Below are positions 53,254-63,459 of a stretch of 64,000 bases of DNA, in pieces. The notes below the pieces were generated by a model. It saw nothing but the letters and a program-made list of their open reading frames with translations, ran no database searches and was not told the DNA's origin. Made by a program: the position numbers and the translations under genes. Position 1 is the first letter of the stretch, and every line of letters begins with the position of its first letter. This DNA comes from Candidatus Methylomirabilia bacterium (lineage in GTDB: Bacteria > Methylomirabilota > Methylomirabilia > Rokubacteriales > CSP1-6), in NCBI GenBank assembly GCA_041496385.1, contig JBGQEL010000010.1, positions 19,245 through 83,244 on the forward strand. The letters run 5' to 3'.

Positions 53254-54987
53254 TTAGTGCCGCGCGTCCTTCTTGCCGTTGCCCTTCTGGTTCCCCGGAA
53301 GTAAGGCGAGTGGGACCTTCGCCGGGCTGGACACCTGAGCCGGCGCAGCACCGGATGCTCCGGATGCCTGAGCGCCGGTGCCTCCGCTCGCAGTCACGAC
53401 GCCCCCGCTCGGCGTCGGGGCGACTCCGCTCACGGGCCCGGCGCTGCCGCTCGGCGTCGCGGGGCTTCCACTCACCGGTCCGGCGTTACCGCTCGGCGTC
53501 CCGGCGCTTCCACTCACCGGTCCGGCGTTGCCGCTCGGCGTCCCGGCGCTTCCACTCACCGGTCCGGCGTTGCCGCTCGGCGTCCCGGCGCTTCCACTCA
53601 CCGGTCCGGCGCTGCCGCTCGGCGTCCCGGCGCTTCCACTCACGGGCGCGGCGCTGCCGCCGGTGCTGGGGCCCGTACCGCCCGTATTGCTGGCGGACGC
53701 GGAGCCGGCGCTCGCGCCAGTCGCTCCGTCGGCGCTCCCGCCGGTGGTGTTCACCGTCATGACGACTCCGCTCGCCGCGTTGCCGTTGGCGCCGCCGCCG
53801 CTCGACGCGGCCGCTGCCGGCGGGCTGGCGGCGTCACCGTCACCGTCGGTGCCGTGATTGTGGCTTCGCTTGACGATCGTCTTGTCACGATCCTTCCGAG
53901 AAGGCCCTTCCCGCTCGCTCGCGGGTCCCCGGCGATCCTGCTCTGTCCTTTCGCCCCTTGCGTCCTTCTCGCCAGTCGCGCCCTTCTCGCCCCGTGCGTC
54001 CTTGTCGCCCCTTGCGTCCTTGTCGCCCCGCGCGTCCCTGTCGCCTCTTGTGTCCTTCTCACCCGTCGCGGCCTTCTCACCCCGTGCGTCCGTCTCGCCC
54101 CGCGCGCCCTTCTCACCCCTCACGTCCTTCTCGCCAGTCGAGATCTTCTCGCCCCTTGCGTCCTTTTTATCTTTCTTGTCCTTTTCTTTCTTGTCCTTCT
54201 GGCGCTCGTCACTCGACGCAGCGGCCTCCTTCAGCACGGGCGCCATCGCGACCGCTTCTTGTCTGGCCAGGGCGATCTGGTCGTTCACGATCGAGACCGT
54301 GGTCGCGGCCGGCGCGCTCTTCGGGATGATCGTGAAGTCGCTGGTGAGCTGCCGCGCCGTGTCGGGCCTGATCGAAGTCGCCGGCGGCACGGGCACGGCG
54401 CCCGTCACGGCGACGCTCTGGTTGGCCGCGACCGGCACCGCCGGCCCGACGGCCCGCCCCGTGGTGTTGTCGACCTTCACGACGTCGATGAGCCCCCGGA
54501 GCACCGTGATCGTCGACCGGCCGCTATAGCCGGGCTCGACCTCGGCGACGACGACGGTGCCGCGGATCGCGGCGATGGCGTTCGGGGTGCGGATCTCGAC
54601 GGTCTCGCCGGGCTTCATCTTGTCCTTGGAGACGGCGACCGAGATACGCCCATGCGCGAGGTTCACCGTGGACGTGCCGGGGACCTCGGTGATGTGGAGG
54701 AGCGAGTGCTCGCGGACCGTCACCGACGCCTTGCCCCCCAGCAACAGCCGTGTGATGGACTTCTCGCCTGTCGCGATCCGGTCGTAGAGATACACGTCGT
54801 CCTTGAAGACGAGCGGGCGCGCGTCCGGAAGCGCGACCCGGGCGACGGTCGCCGTGCCCTCGAGCGCCACGACCTTGCCCGCAAGCGTCAACGCCGGACC
54901 GGCCGGTTCGGCCGCGGCGGCCGCAGGAAGCAGAAGGCCGGCCAGGGCGAGCGCGTGCGCGCACCGCGAAGCGAATCGTCCAGTCAT
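53254..54987 (-). CDS. Secreted FecR-domain protein with low-complexity repeat tail
   Basis: Signal peptide; D.IATG, IRTPNAIAAIRGT; charged and Gly/Ser/Pro repeats. Confidence 0.85.
   Translation of the reverse strand: MTGRFASRCAHALALAGLLLPAAAAAEPAGPALTLAGKVVALEGTATVARVALPDARPLVFKDDVYLYDRIATGEKSITRLLLGGKASVTVREHSLLHITEVPGTSTVNLAHGRISVAVSKDKMKPGETVEIRTPNAIAAIRGTVVVAEVEPGYSGRSTITVLRGLIDVVKVDNTTGRAVGPAVPVAANQSVAVTGAVPVPPATSIRPDTARQLTSDFTIIPKSAPAATTVSIVNDQIALARQEAVAMAPVLKEAAASSDERQKDKKEKDKKDKKDARGEKISTGEKDVRGEKGARGETDARGEKAATGEKDTRGDRDARGDKDARGDKDARGEKGATGEKDARGERTEQDRRGPASEREGPSRKDRDKTIVKRSHNHGTDGDGDAASPPAAAASSGGGANGNAASGVVMTVNTTGGSADGATGASAGSASASNTGGTGPSTGGSAAPVSGSAGTPSGSAGPVSGSAGTPSGNAGPVSGSAGTPSGNAGPVSGSAGTPSGNAGPVSGSPATPSGSAGPVSGVAPTPSGGVVTASGGTGAQASGASGAAPAQVSSPAKVPLALLPGNQKGNGKKDARH
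53405..53656 (-). repeat. 42-nt coding tandem repeat, about 6 copies (GPVSGSAGTPSGNA)
   Basis: CCGCTCGGCGTC recurs at 53405, 53447, 53489, 53531, 53573, 53615. Confidence 0.9.
53945..54165 (-). repeat. 18-nt degenerate coding repeat (ARGEKD/ATGEKD), about 12 copies
   Basis: Hexapeptide periodicity in the FecR ORF. Confidence 0.8.
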
Positions 54988-55052
54988 CCTTGCCCTCCCG
55001 CCGGGCGCTCCGACCTCTCGTTCGGTCGACGACCCAGGCGCAGGGCGAAAAG

Positions 55053-55157
55053 TGCAACCGAAGGGCCATGGCGATCCGGAAATTCACGGTGAAATCTTTC
55101 AGTCGGTTACTCGCGCGTTTTCCGGAATGCGCGGGCTTGCTGACACGGCTCGTGTCA
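55053..55157 (-). promoter_or_regulatory. Sigma54 promoter plus palindromic upstream activator site for FecR gene
   Basis: TGGCCC-TTCGG-TTGCA at 55068-55053; TGACACG-GCT-CGTGTCA at 55141-55157. Confidence 0.6.
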
Positions 55158-55199
55158 ACCAGTGGCGACGATTTGCCAGGCGAATTCCCGGAAACGCGT

Positions 55200-55709
55200 T
55201 CAGTGGGTAGCGAGGAACTCGAGCGCGGCCACCACCAGCGTCGGGCAGCGCACGCGCGCGAGCCGCGCCCGCGCGTCGAACGTCGCGAGCGCGGCCATCG
55301 CGGCCAGATACGTCCGCCGGGATGTGCGCGCCAGGCTCCGCTTCGCGGCGCGTCGCAGCCCGGCCTGCTCCGGCCGGGGGAACATGGAGCCAGCCACGAG
55401 TGCCGCACCGGCCGCCATCGGACCCGTCGCCAGCAGCACGGCGCGCGCGAGCGCGCGGATCGCGCTCGCGGGGCTTGGCGGGCGGAAGCGGGCGAAGCCG
55501 TTGATCAGCAGGAGCGAGCGCACGCGCTCCGGGCGCTCGAGCGCGAGCGCGACTCCGACGCAGGCGCCGAGCGAGATGCCGACGAGGTGCACCGGCGGCT
55601 CACCGAGCGCGTCCAGGAGCCGCCCGAGCTCGGCCGCCACCCGCTCGACGGTGAGGCGCCCGGCCGGCGGCGCGTCCGCGTCGGGGCGCCCATGGCGCTC
55701 GTAGTACAC
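55200..55709 (-). pseudogene. Alpha/beta hydrolase remnant
   Basis: Keeps GISLG nucleophile elbow but lacks HG and D.RGHG segments; stops after PTLVVA, before catalytic Asp/His. Confidence 0.75.
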
Positions 55710-55712
55710 GGC

Positions 55713-56078
55713 TCAGCGGCGGCAGTGCTGGGCGAGCGCGGCGAAGACGAGGTCGGGCATGTCCTTGGTGCGCAGGCCGGGGTTGTCCTCGGCGTACCGC
55801 TCGACGAGAGCCAGCACCCCGGCCGGCGGGATCGAGCGATCGCGGACGCACGCGACGATCTCCGTGAACACCGTGATCGCCTGGTCCTTGCTCCCGAGCG
55901 ACTCCTGCGTCAGCGCGAGGCCGGTCCAGGCGTCCATGATCCCGCCGACGTACGCGGCGCGGGCCTCCGGGCCGAGCCGCCGCCACGCTTCGCCGCCGAG
56001 CATGTCGGCGCCGCGCGCGGGTTGGACCGCCAGGAGGCCGGCGAGCACGCCGAGCAACAGCGCCGCTCGTCCGCTCAT
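55713..56078 (-). CDS. Secreted helical protein, Rap1a/Tai-like pattern
   Basis: Signal peptide; AYVGGIMD...C...VERYAEDNP...LVFAAL...C. Confidence 0.65.
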   Translation of the reverse strand: MSGRAALLLGVLAGLLAVQPARGADMLGGEAWRRLGPEARAAYVGGIMDAWTGLALTQESLGSKDQAITVFTEIVACVRDRSIPPAGVLALVERYAEDNPGLRTKDMPDLVFAALAQHCRR

Positions 56079-57211
56079 CCTGCCTTGTGCTCGGCCCGGA
56101 CCTCGTCGGTGTGCTCGCCGATGCCCGGCGGGGCCAGCCGGATCCCCGGCCGCACGCCGTCGAAGGACAGCGGCAGCGCGACCAGCGCGTACTCGTCGCC
56201 GGGCGCCTGCTGGATGATCCCGAGGGCGGCGGTCTGGGGATCGGTCACCGCGTCGGGCAGGCTGTTGATCGGCGCGCACGGCACGCCCGCGGCCTCGAGC
56301 CGGTCGATCCACTGGCCCTTGCTGCCGGTCCGTAGGATGTCCGCGAGCGCGTCGAGCAGCTCGGTCTTGTGGGCCACGCGCGCCGCGTTGGTCGCGTAGC
56401 GTGGATCCCGCGCCCACTCGGGGTGGCCGACGACCTCGGCGAGCTTGGCGAACAGGCGGTCGTTCCCCGCGGCGATGATGACCGGTCCGGTGGCGGTGTC
56501 GAAGCTCTGGAACGGGACGACGCGGTGACTCCCCGTCCGGTGGCGCTCGGGCACGACGCCGGAGACGCGGAAGCTCGCGATGTGGCCCTTCATCCACGCG
56601 AGGCCCGTCTCGAGGAGCGAGGCGTCCACGACGCAGCCGCGCCCGGTCGCCGCGCGCTGCACGAGCCCCGCCAGCGCGCCGATCGCCGCCCACATGCCCG
56701 TACCGTAGTCGAGGACGGACGTCCCGATGCGTGTCGGCGGCCCGCCCTCGTCCCCGTTCATCATCATGAGCCCGCAGAACGCCTGAACCATGGGCTCGTA
56801 GCCGGGCTTGAGCGCGAGCGGCCCGGTGCGCCCGAACGCCCAGACCGAGCAGTAGACGAGCCGGGGATTCCTGGCCGTGAGCGCGTCGGGCCCGAGCCCC
56901 ATCTTCTCGAGCGTGCCGGGCCGATGGTTCTGGACGAGAACGTCGGCGTCGGCGATCAGCTCGACGAGCCAGGCCACCGCCTGCGGGTCCTTGAGGTCGA
57001 CGACGATCGAGCGCTTGTTGGCGTTGACGGCGAGGAAGCCCGGCGAGACGCCCTTCCAGAACGGCGGGCCCCAGCGGCGCGCGTCGTCGCCCTCGGGGCG
57101 CTCCACCTTCAGCACGTCGGCGCCCATGTGCGCCAGGATCTCGGCGGCCACGGGGCCCGCCAGGTTCTGCCCGAGCTCGACGACCCTCACGCCGGTCAGC
57201 GGTAGCGGCAT
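56075..57211 (-). CDS. CaiB/BaiF class III CoA-transferase
   Basis: PLTGVRVVEL..LAGP, GADVLKVE, NKRSI.VDLK, VLDYGTG, PPGIGEHT. Confidence 0.93.
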   Translation of the reverse strand: MPLPLTGVRVVELGQNLAGPVAAEILAHMGADVLKVERPEGDDARRWGPPFWKGVSPGFLAVNANKRSIVVDLKDPQAVAWLVELIADADVLVQNHRPGTLEKMGLGPDALTARNPRLVYCSVWAFGRTGPLALKPGYEPMVQAFCGLMMMNGDEGGPPTRIGTSVLDYGTGMWAAIGALAGLVQRAATGRGCVVDASLLETGLAWMKGHIASFRVSGVVPERHRTGSHRVVPFQSFDTATGPVIIAAGNDRLFAKLAEVVGHPEWARDPRYATNAARVAHKTELLDALADILRTGSKGQWIDRLEAAGVPCAPINSLPDAVTDPQTAALGIIQQAPGDEYALVALPLSFDGVRPGIRLAPPGIGEHTDEVRAEHKAG

Positions 57212-57230
57212 TGCGATTCCTTTCCGGACG

Positions 57231-58394
57231 TCAGCGGAAGAGCGAGCGCGCGATGACCATCCGGTGCACCTCGGACGGTCCCTCGCCGATCCGGCGCGCG
57301 CGCGCCTCACGGTACCAGCGTTCGAGCGGGAATTCTTTTGACACGCCGTAGCCGCCATGGATCTGCACCGCGGCGTCGATCACCCGCCCGAGGACCTCGC
57401 TCGAGTAGAGCTTCGCGATGGAGGCCTCCACGCGCGCGTCCTCGCCGCGGTCGGCCTTCCACGCGCCCTCCCAGATGAGCCAGCGCGCGGCGCGGATCTC
57501 CACCTCGGCGTCGGCCAGCATCCACTGGATCGCCTGGCGCGTGGCCAGCGGCGCGCCGAAGGTCGAGCGCTGCTTGGCGTGCGCGATGGCCATGCGGTGC
57601 GCGGCCACGGCCACCCCGAGATTCGTCGCGGAGTACGGGAAGCGCTGCTTCACGAGCAGGTCGAAGGCGAGTTCGAGCCCCTGCCCCTCCCGGCCGACGA
57701 GCGCGTCGAGCGGAAGCTTGCAGTCCTCGAAGAGGACGTCGTTGGGCACCGAGGCGGTCCGGATCGTGCGGATGTTCTTCGCGCTGAAGCCGGGCGTGCC
57801 TTTCTCGATGACGAAGCAGGAGATCCCGGCGCGGCCCTTGGTCTTGTCGGTGCGCGCGAACACGACGCCCCAGGGCGCGTCGTGGGCGCGCGAGATGAAG
57901 ACCTTGCGCCCGTTGAGCACCCAGTGGCCGTCCTTCCTCTCGGCGCGCGTCTGGATCGCCCCCGCGGGGTCGGAGCCCCCGCCCGGCTCCGTGATGGCGA
58001 AGAAGGACTCGTAGCCCTCGCGGATGCACGGCACCGCGTACTTCTCGATCTGCGCCGGGGTGCCGGCCCAGATCGCCGGCGGCGGGTTGCGACCGAAGAC
58101 GCCGCAGCCCGTGTTGTAGAGGCCCATCCGGTGCTGCGCCATCTCCTCGACGAGGACGCACATCGAGAAGGTGTCCAGGCCGCCCCCGCCGTACTGCTCG
58201 GGCGCGCCCAGCGCCCAGAGCCCCGCGGCCTTGGTCTTGGCCGAGAGCCGCAGGAAGTCCTCGCGCGGGATGTCGGGGGCGTCGGGATCGAGCGTCTGCT
58301 CGAGCGGGATGACCTCGTCCTGGACGAAGCGGCGCACCTGGTGGCGCAGCACGCGCAGCTCCTCGGGGAGCGTGAAGCCGGGGAAGACTGTCAT
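57231..58394 (-). CDS. Acyl-CoA dehydrogenase
   Basis: FAITEP.GGSD, LNGRKVFIS, QIHGGYG, RIGEGPSE. Confidence 0.95.
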   Translation of the reverse strand: MTVFPGFTLPEELRVLRHQVRRFVQDEVIPLEQTLDPDAPDIPREDFLRLSAKTKAAGLWALGAPEQYGGGGLDTFSMCVLVEEMAQHRMGLYNTGCGVFGRNPPPAIWAGTPAQIEKYAVPCIREGYESFFAITEPGGGSDPAGAIQTRAERKDGHWVLNGRKVFISRAHDAPWGVVFARTDKTKGRAGISCFVIEKGTPGFSAKNIRTIRTASVPNDVLFEDCKLPLDALVGREGQGLELAFDLLVKQRFPYSATNLGVAVAAHRMAIAHAKQRSTFGAPLATRQAIQWMLADAEVEIRAARWLIWEGAWKADRGEDARVEASIAKLYSSEVLGRVIDAAVQIHGGYGVSKEFPLERWYREARARRIGEGPSEVHRMVIARSLFR

Positions 58395-58421
58395 GCGCCG
58401 GGATGATACCATCGGCGCGTC

Positions 58422-59195
58422 ATGCCCGAAGAAGTCCTCTGCGACGTCGCCGACGGCATCGCCACGGTGACGCTGAATCGCCCCGAGAAGCGCAACGCGA
58501 TGAACACGGCGCTGCTCGCGGGGCTCGGCGGTTGCTTCGAGGCGCTCGAGGAGCGGCGGGACGTGCGCGTCGTCGTCCTGCGCGGCGCGGGACCGGCTTT
58601 CTGCGCCGGCATGGATCTGCGCGAGATGGAGGCGCGGGGGGGCGCCCCCGCCGACGGTGACGGCGCCGTGATCCCCGTGCTCCAGCGCGTCGAGCGCTCG
58701 CGCCATCCAACGATCGCCGTGGTCCACGGCGACGCCCTCGCCGGAGGGATGGAGCTGGCGCTGCACTGCGACCTGCGCGTCGCGGCCGAGGTCGCGCGCT
58801 TCGGCATGCCGCTGGCGCGCATCGGTCTCGTCGTGCCGTTCCCCCTCGGCCGGAAGATCGTCGAGATCGTCGGCGCCGCGCACGCCCGTCAGATCCTCCT
58901 CACGGGCCGGCCGCTGACGGCCCGGCGCGCCTGGGAGATCGGGATGGTCCACGAGGTCGTCGACGCGGCGGACCTCGAGCGCGCGACCGCCGAGCTCGCC
59001 CGCACGATCGCCGGCAACGCGCCCCTCTCGCTCGCGGGGATGAAAGCCGTCGTGCTCCGCGCCCTCTCCGCCGACGCCCGCATCGCTCACGAGGACCTCG
59101 ACGCCCTTGCGCGGCACGCCCGCCAGAGCGCCGATGCGAGCGAGGGCCGGCGGGCGATGCTCGAGAAGCGCAAGCCCGTCTTCCGTGGTGAGTGA
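58422..59195 (+). CDS. Enoyl-CoA hydratase/isomerase family
   Basis: LNRPEKRNAM, AFCAGMDL, ALAGGMEL, FGMP, EKRKPVF. Confidence 0.93.
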   Translation: MPEEVLCDVADGIATVTLNRPEKRNAMNTALLAGLGGCFEALEERRDVRVVVLRGAGPAFCAGMDLREMEARGGAPADGDGAVIPVLQRVERSRHPTIAVVHGDALAGGMELALHCDLRVAAEVARFGMPLARIGLVVPFPLGRKIVEIVGAAHARQILLTGRPLTARRAWEIGMVHEVVDAADLERATAELARTIAGNAPLSLAGMKAVVLRALSADARIAHEDLDALARHARQSADASEGRRAMLEKRKPVFRGE

Positions 59196-59211
59196 ACGAA
59201 AGGACCCCCGC

Positions 59212-60897
59212 ATGCACGACCTCGTCATCGACAACGCCCGCATCATCGATGGCCTCGGCACGCCGGCGCGCGAGGGCAGCCTCGCGGTCGCGGGCGGACG
59301 CATCGCCGCGGTCGGCTCCGACGTCGGCCCGGGGCGCGAGCGCGTGGACGCCGGCGGCCTGACGCTGACGCCGGGCATCGTCGACATCCACACCCATTAC
59401 GACGCGCAGCTCACCTGGGACCCGTTCGCGACCCCGTCGACCACGCTCGGCGTGACGACCGTCGTGATCGGCAACTGCGGCTTCACGATCGCCCCGTGCC
59501 GGCCATCCCACCGCGACCTGATCGTGCGGAACCTGACGCACGTGGAGGGCATGTCCCTGGAGGCGCTCCGGGCCGGCATCCAGTGGGACTTCGAGACCTA
59601 TCCGGAGTACCTGGCCTCGCTGGAGCGCCGCGGCGCCGTCCCGAACGTGGCCTCGTTCGTGGGCCACTCGTCGGTCCGCACCTGGGTGCTCGGGGAGGAC
59701 GCCAACCGCCGCGCGGCGACCGACGCGGAGATCACCGAGATGCGGGGTCTCGTGCTGGAGGCCCTCCGGGCGGGCGCCGTCGGCTTCGCGACCTCCACCC
59801 TGGAGCAGCACAACGGCGAGCACGGCGTGCCCATGCCCTCGCGCCTCGCGGACGAGCGCGAGATGCTGGCGCTCACCGGCGCCCTCGGCGAGGCCGGCCG
59901 CGGCGTGTTCATGCTCACCAAGGGCATGACCTCGACGATCCCGTGGCTCGAGGCGATCGCCGCGCGCAACGGCCGGCCCGTGATGATCGCCGCGATGTTC
60001 GTGGACCCGGGCGACCCCGCGCGCGTCTTCCGCGAGCTCCGTGAGATCGAGGCGGCGCGCGGGCGGGGCCGCGAGCTCTGGGCGCAGGTGGGCTGCTTCC
60101 CGCTCGGCATGGAGTTCACGCTGCGCCATCCCTACCCGCTCGAGGCGCTGATCGCGTGGCGGCCGGCGCTCGAGGCCGGGAGCGAGGCGCGCTTCCGCGC
60201 CGTGCTCGCCGACGGGGGCTTCCGCCGGGCGCTCAAGGAGGAGGTCGCCCAGCCGGGCGTGCCGAACCGGTTCAGCAACCAGCAGTGGGACCACCTGACG
60301 ATCATGGCGGTCAAGCGCGCCGAGCACCGCCCGCTCGTCGGCCGGACCATCGGCCAGCTCGCCCGCGAGTCGGGGCGCGAGCCGTTCGACTGCTTCCTCG
60401 ACCTCGGGCTCGCGGACGACCTCGACACGCTCTTCGACTGCCGCCTGTTCAACACGGACGAGAAGAAGGTGTCCGAGCTTCTACGCCACCCGCACGCGGC
60501 GGTGGCGCTGTCCGACGCCGGCGCGCACCTCTCGTTCCTCTGCGACGCGGGCTTCGGCCTGCACCTCTTCGGGCACTGGGTCCGGGAGCGCGGCGACCTC
60601 TCGCTCGAGGACGCGGTGCGCGCGGTCACCAGCACGGTGGCCGGCGCCTATCGCATCAAGGACCGCGGACACCTCACGCCCGGCGCGTGGGCAGACCTCC
60701 TGCTCTTCGATCCCAAAACAGTCGGGCGGGGGGAGAAGCGGCGGGTCAACGATCTCCCGACGGGCGCGAGCCGGCTCGACACGCCGGCCGTCGGCGTCCA
60801 CGGCGTGTGGGTGAACGGCGCGCGGGTCGTGGACGCGCGCGGGCTGCTGCGCGACTGCGGCCGTCCGGGGCGCCTGCTCCGGGACTTCGCCGCCTGA
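59212..60897 (+). CDS. N-acyl-D-amino-acid deacylase family amidohydrolase
   Basis: PGIVDIHTHYDAQ, GNCGF, SDAGAH..FLCDAG, DRG.L.PG..AD. Confidence 0.92.
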   Translation: MHDLVIDNARIIDGLGTPAREGSLAVAGGRIAAVGSDVGPGRERVDAGGLTLTPGIVDIHTHYDAQLTWDPFATPSTTLGVTTVVIGNCGFTIAPCRPSHRDLIVRNLTHVEGMSLEALRAGIQWDFETYPEYLASLERRGAVPNVASFVGHSSVRTWVLGEDANRRAATDAEITEMRGLVLEALRAGAVGFATSTLEQHNGEHGVPMPSRLADEREMLALTGALGEAGRGVFMLTKGMTSTIPWLEAIAARNGRPVMIAAMFVDPGDPARVFRELREIEAARGRGRELWAQVGCFPLGMEFTLRHPYPLEALIAWRPALEAGSEARFRAVLADGGFRRALKEEVAQPGVPNRFSNQQWDHLTIMAVKRAEHRPLVGRTIGQLARESGREPFDCFLDLGLADDLDTLFDCRLFNTDEKKVSELLRHPHAAVALSDAGAHLSFLCDAGFGLHLFGHWVRERGDLSLEDAVRAVTSTVAGAYRIKDRGHLTPGAWADLLLFDPKTVGRGEKRRVNDLPTGASRLDTPAVGVHGVWVNGARVVDARGLLRDCGRPGRLLRDFAA

Positions 60898-60938
60898 GCC
60901 GCGCCGGGCTCAGCCCCGCGGGGGGCCGGCGCCCGGCG

Positions 60939-61892
<954 letters not shown>

Positions 61893-62087
61893 CTACGCGC
61901 CGGCGCGCGGGCTCACCGGGAGGCCAGCCAGCGGCCCCGGGACCCGATGCAGCGTGATCTGGACCGATGAGGAGACGGAATTGTCGCCGTCGGTCACGAC
62001 GACGTCCACGTCGACTCCCTCGACCTGCCTCAACACCTCGCCGAGCCACGCCAGGAGCTTGTCGGCCTCGCACGGTCTCCGTTCCAT
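61893..62087 (-). CDS. Small hypothetical protein (64 aa)
   Basis: GAGGAG SD before ATG 62087; MERRPCEADKLLAWLGEVL... Confidence 0.55.
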   Translation of the reverse strand: MERRPCEADKLLAWLGEVLRQVEGVDVDVVVTDGDNSVSSSVQITLHRVPGPLAGLPVSPRAGA

Positions 62088-62180
62088 CGCCTTTCTCCTC
62101 GGATACGACAAGATTTGGGGGAAGCTGCCCGCTCGTCTATACTTCCTGCGTTATGATTCGAGAACTTAGAACCGCCTGAC

Positions 62181-62702
62181 GTGGCCGTGATGGACACGCC
62201 CGGCGCCCTGCTGATGCCGAGGTGGTACGTCCTCCGGACTCGCTCACGCCACGAGAAGCTGGTCCGGGCTCAACTCGCCGACCGGAGCGTCGAGGCGTTC
62301 CTGCCGCTGTACGAACGCTGGAGCCGCTGGAAGGACCGCCGGAAGAAGGTCGCCTTTGCCCTGTTCCCCGGTTACTGCTTCGCGCGCTTTCCAATCGCCG
62401 AGCGGTTCAAGATCCTCAACTGCGTCGGCGTCGTCGGGCTGGTCGGTCTGAGCGGGACCGCGGAGCCGGTTCTCGACAGTGAGATCGAGGCGATCGAGCG
62501 CCTGACGTCGACCACGCTCCAGTACGATCCGCACCCGTTCTTCGAGGCCGGCATGGAGGTCGAGGTGGTTCGCGGCCCGCTCACCGGAGTCCGCGGCACG
62601 CTGCTCCGGAAGGACCGCGTCACGAAGCTGGTGCTGGCCGTGCGGCTGATCCGCCAGGCGGCCGTCGTGGAGATTCACCCCGCCGACGTCGTCGCCGTCT
62701 GA
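62181..62702 (+). CDS. NusG-paralog transcription antiterminator (UpxY/LoaP-like)
   Basis: WYVLRTRSRHEK, FLPL, LFPGYCF, KOW GMEVEVVRGPL.G..G. Confidence 0.9.
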   Translation: MAVMDTPGALLMPRWYVLRTRSRHEKLVRAQLADRSVEAFLPLYERWSRWKDRRKKVAFALFPGYCFARFPIAERFKILNCVGVVGLVGLSGTAEPVLDSEIEAIERLTSTTLQYDPHPFFEAGMEVEVVRGPLTGVRGTLLRKDRVTKLVLAVRLIRQAAVVEIHPADVVAV

Positions 62703-62709
62703 TCCCGAT

Positions 62710-63459
62710 CTAGCTCCTGAGCAGCACGCGCGCCTGCCGGGCCGCCACGCTGTCGGGGAATTCCCGCACGACGCGCTCCCAGGTCCGGCGCGCCCGCGCG
62801 GGGTCGCCGAGCGCGCGCTGGCAGAGGCCGACCTTCAGCAGCGTCTCGGACGTCTGGGTGCCGCGCGGGACGGCGGTGAGCAGCGCCTCGAACTCGGCGA
62901 GGGCTCCACGGTAGTCCTTCTGCGCGTAGAAGATGTCGGCGACCAGGAACTGGCCACGCTCGCGGAGCGGATGGTCCGGATGAGTCACGATCAGGTCGTA
63001 GAAGATCAGGACCGCCCCGTCGAGCTCCTTCGCGCGGAACTTCTCGACGCCCGAGCGATAGAGATCCTCGGCGGTCGCCGTGGTCGCCGAGGTGATCGGC
63101 GCCGGCCCCAAGGGCGCCGCCGACTGAGGCGCGAAGCCCTCCGGTGCGGCGGGCGTGCGGCCCCGGCTTTGCGCCTCCAGCTCGCTCAGCCGGCGCTGCA
63201 GGTTCGCGAGCTGGTCATCGTGCTGGCGTGCGGACACCATGAGCTTGGCGACGGCGTTCTGCAGCTCGCCGAGCTCGCCGGCGATCCGCGTGAGCTGTTC
63301 GCCGAGCCGGGGCGGCTCCGGCGCCGCCGGGGCGGCGGGACGCTCGGAGTCCGCGGGCACGCGGGATTGCTCGACCGTGACCTCGCGCGGCCGCATCGCG
63401 TCCGCGCATCCGGCGAGCAGGAGCCCGACGAGCAGGGGGGCCAGGCGCGGGAGGGTCAT
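62710..63459 (-). CDS. cpoB: CpoB/YbgF-like coiled-coil + TPR lipoprotein
   Basis: Lipobox LLAGC; coiled coil; TPRs ending VVREFPDS.AA. Confidence 0.75.
   Translation of the reverse strand: MTLPRLAPLLVGLLLAGCADAMRPREVTVEQSRVPADSERPAAPAAPEPPRLGEQLTRIAGELGELQNAVAKLMVSARQHDDQLANLQRRLSELEAQSRGRTPAAPEGFAPQSAAPLGPAPITSATTATAEDLYRSGVEKFRAKELDGAVLIFYDLIVTHPDHPLRERGQFLVADIFYAQKDYRGALAEFEALLTAVPRGTQTSETLLKVGLCQRALGDPARARRTWERVVREFPDSVAARQARVLLRS

Noticed and set aside
53405..53656. Regular 42-nt repeats resembling a CRISPR array
   Set aside because: No unique spacers; in-frame coding repeats; no cas genes.
55163..55178. Plus-strand TGGCGACGATTTGC as a sigma54 promoter
   Set aside because: GG-GC spacing is 9 nt, not 10.
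60898..60938. GC hairpin between convergent deacylase and fcl genes
   Set aside because: Short, no U-tract; ordinary for high-GC DNA.
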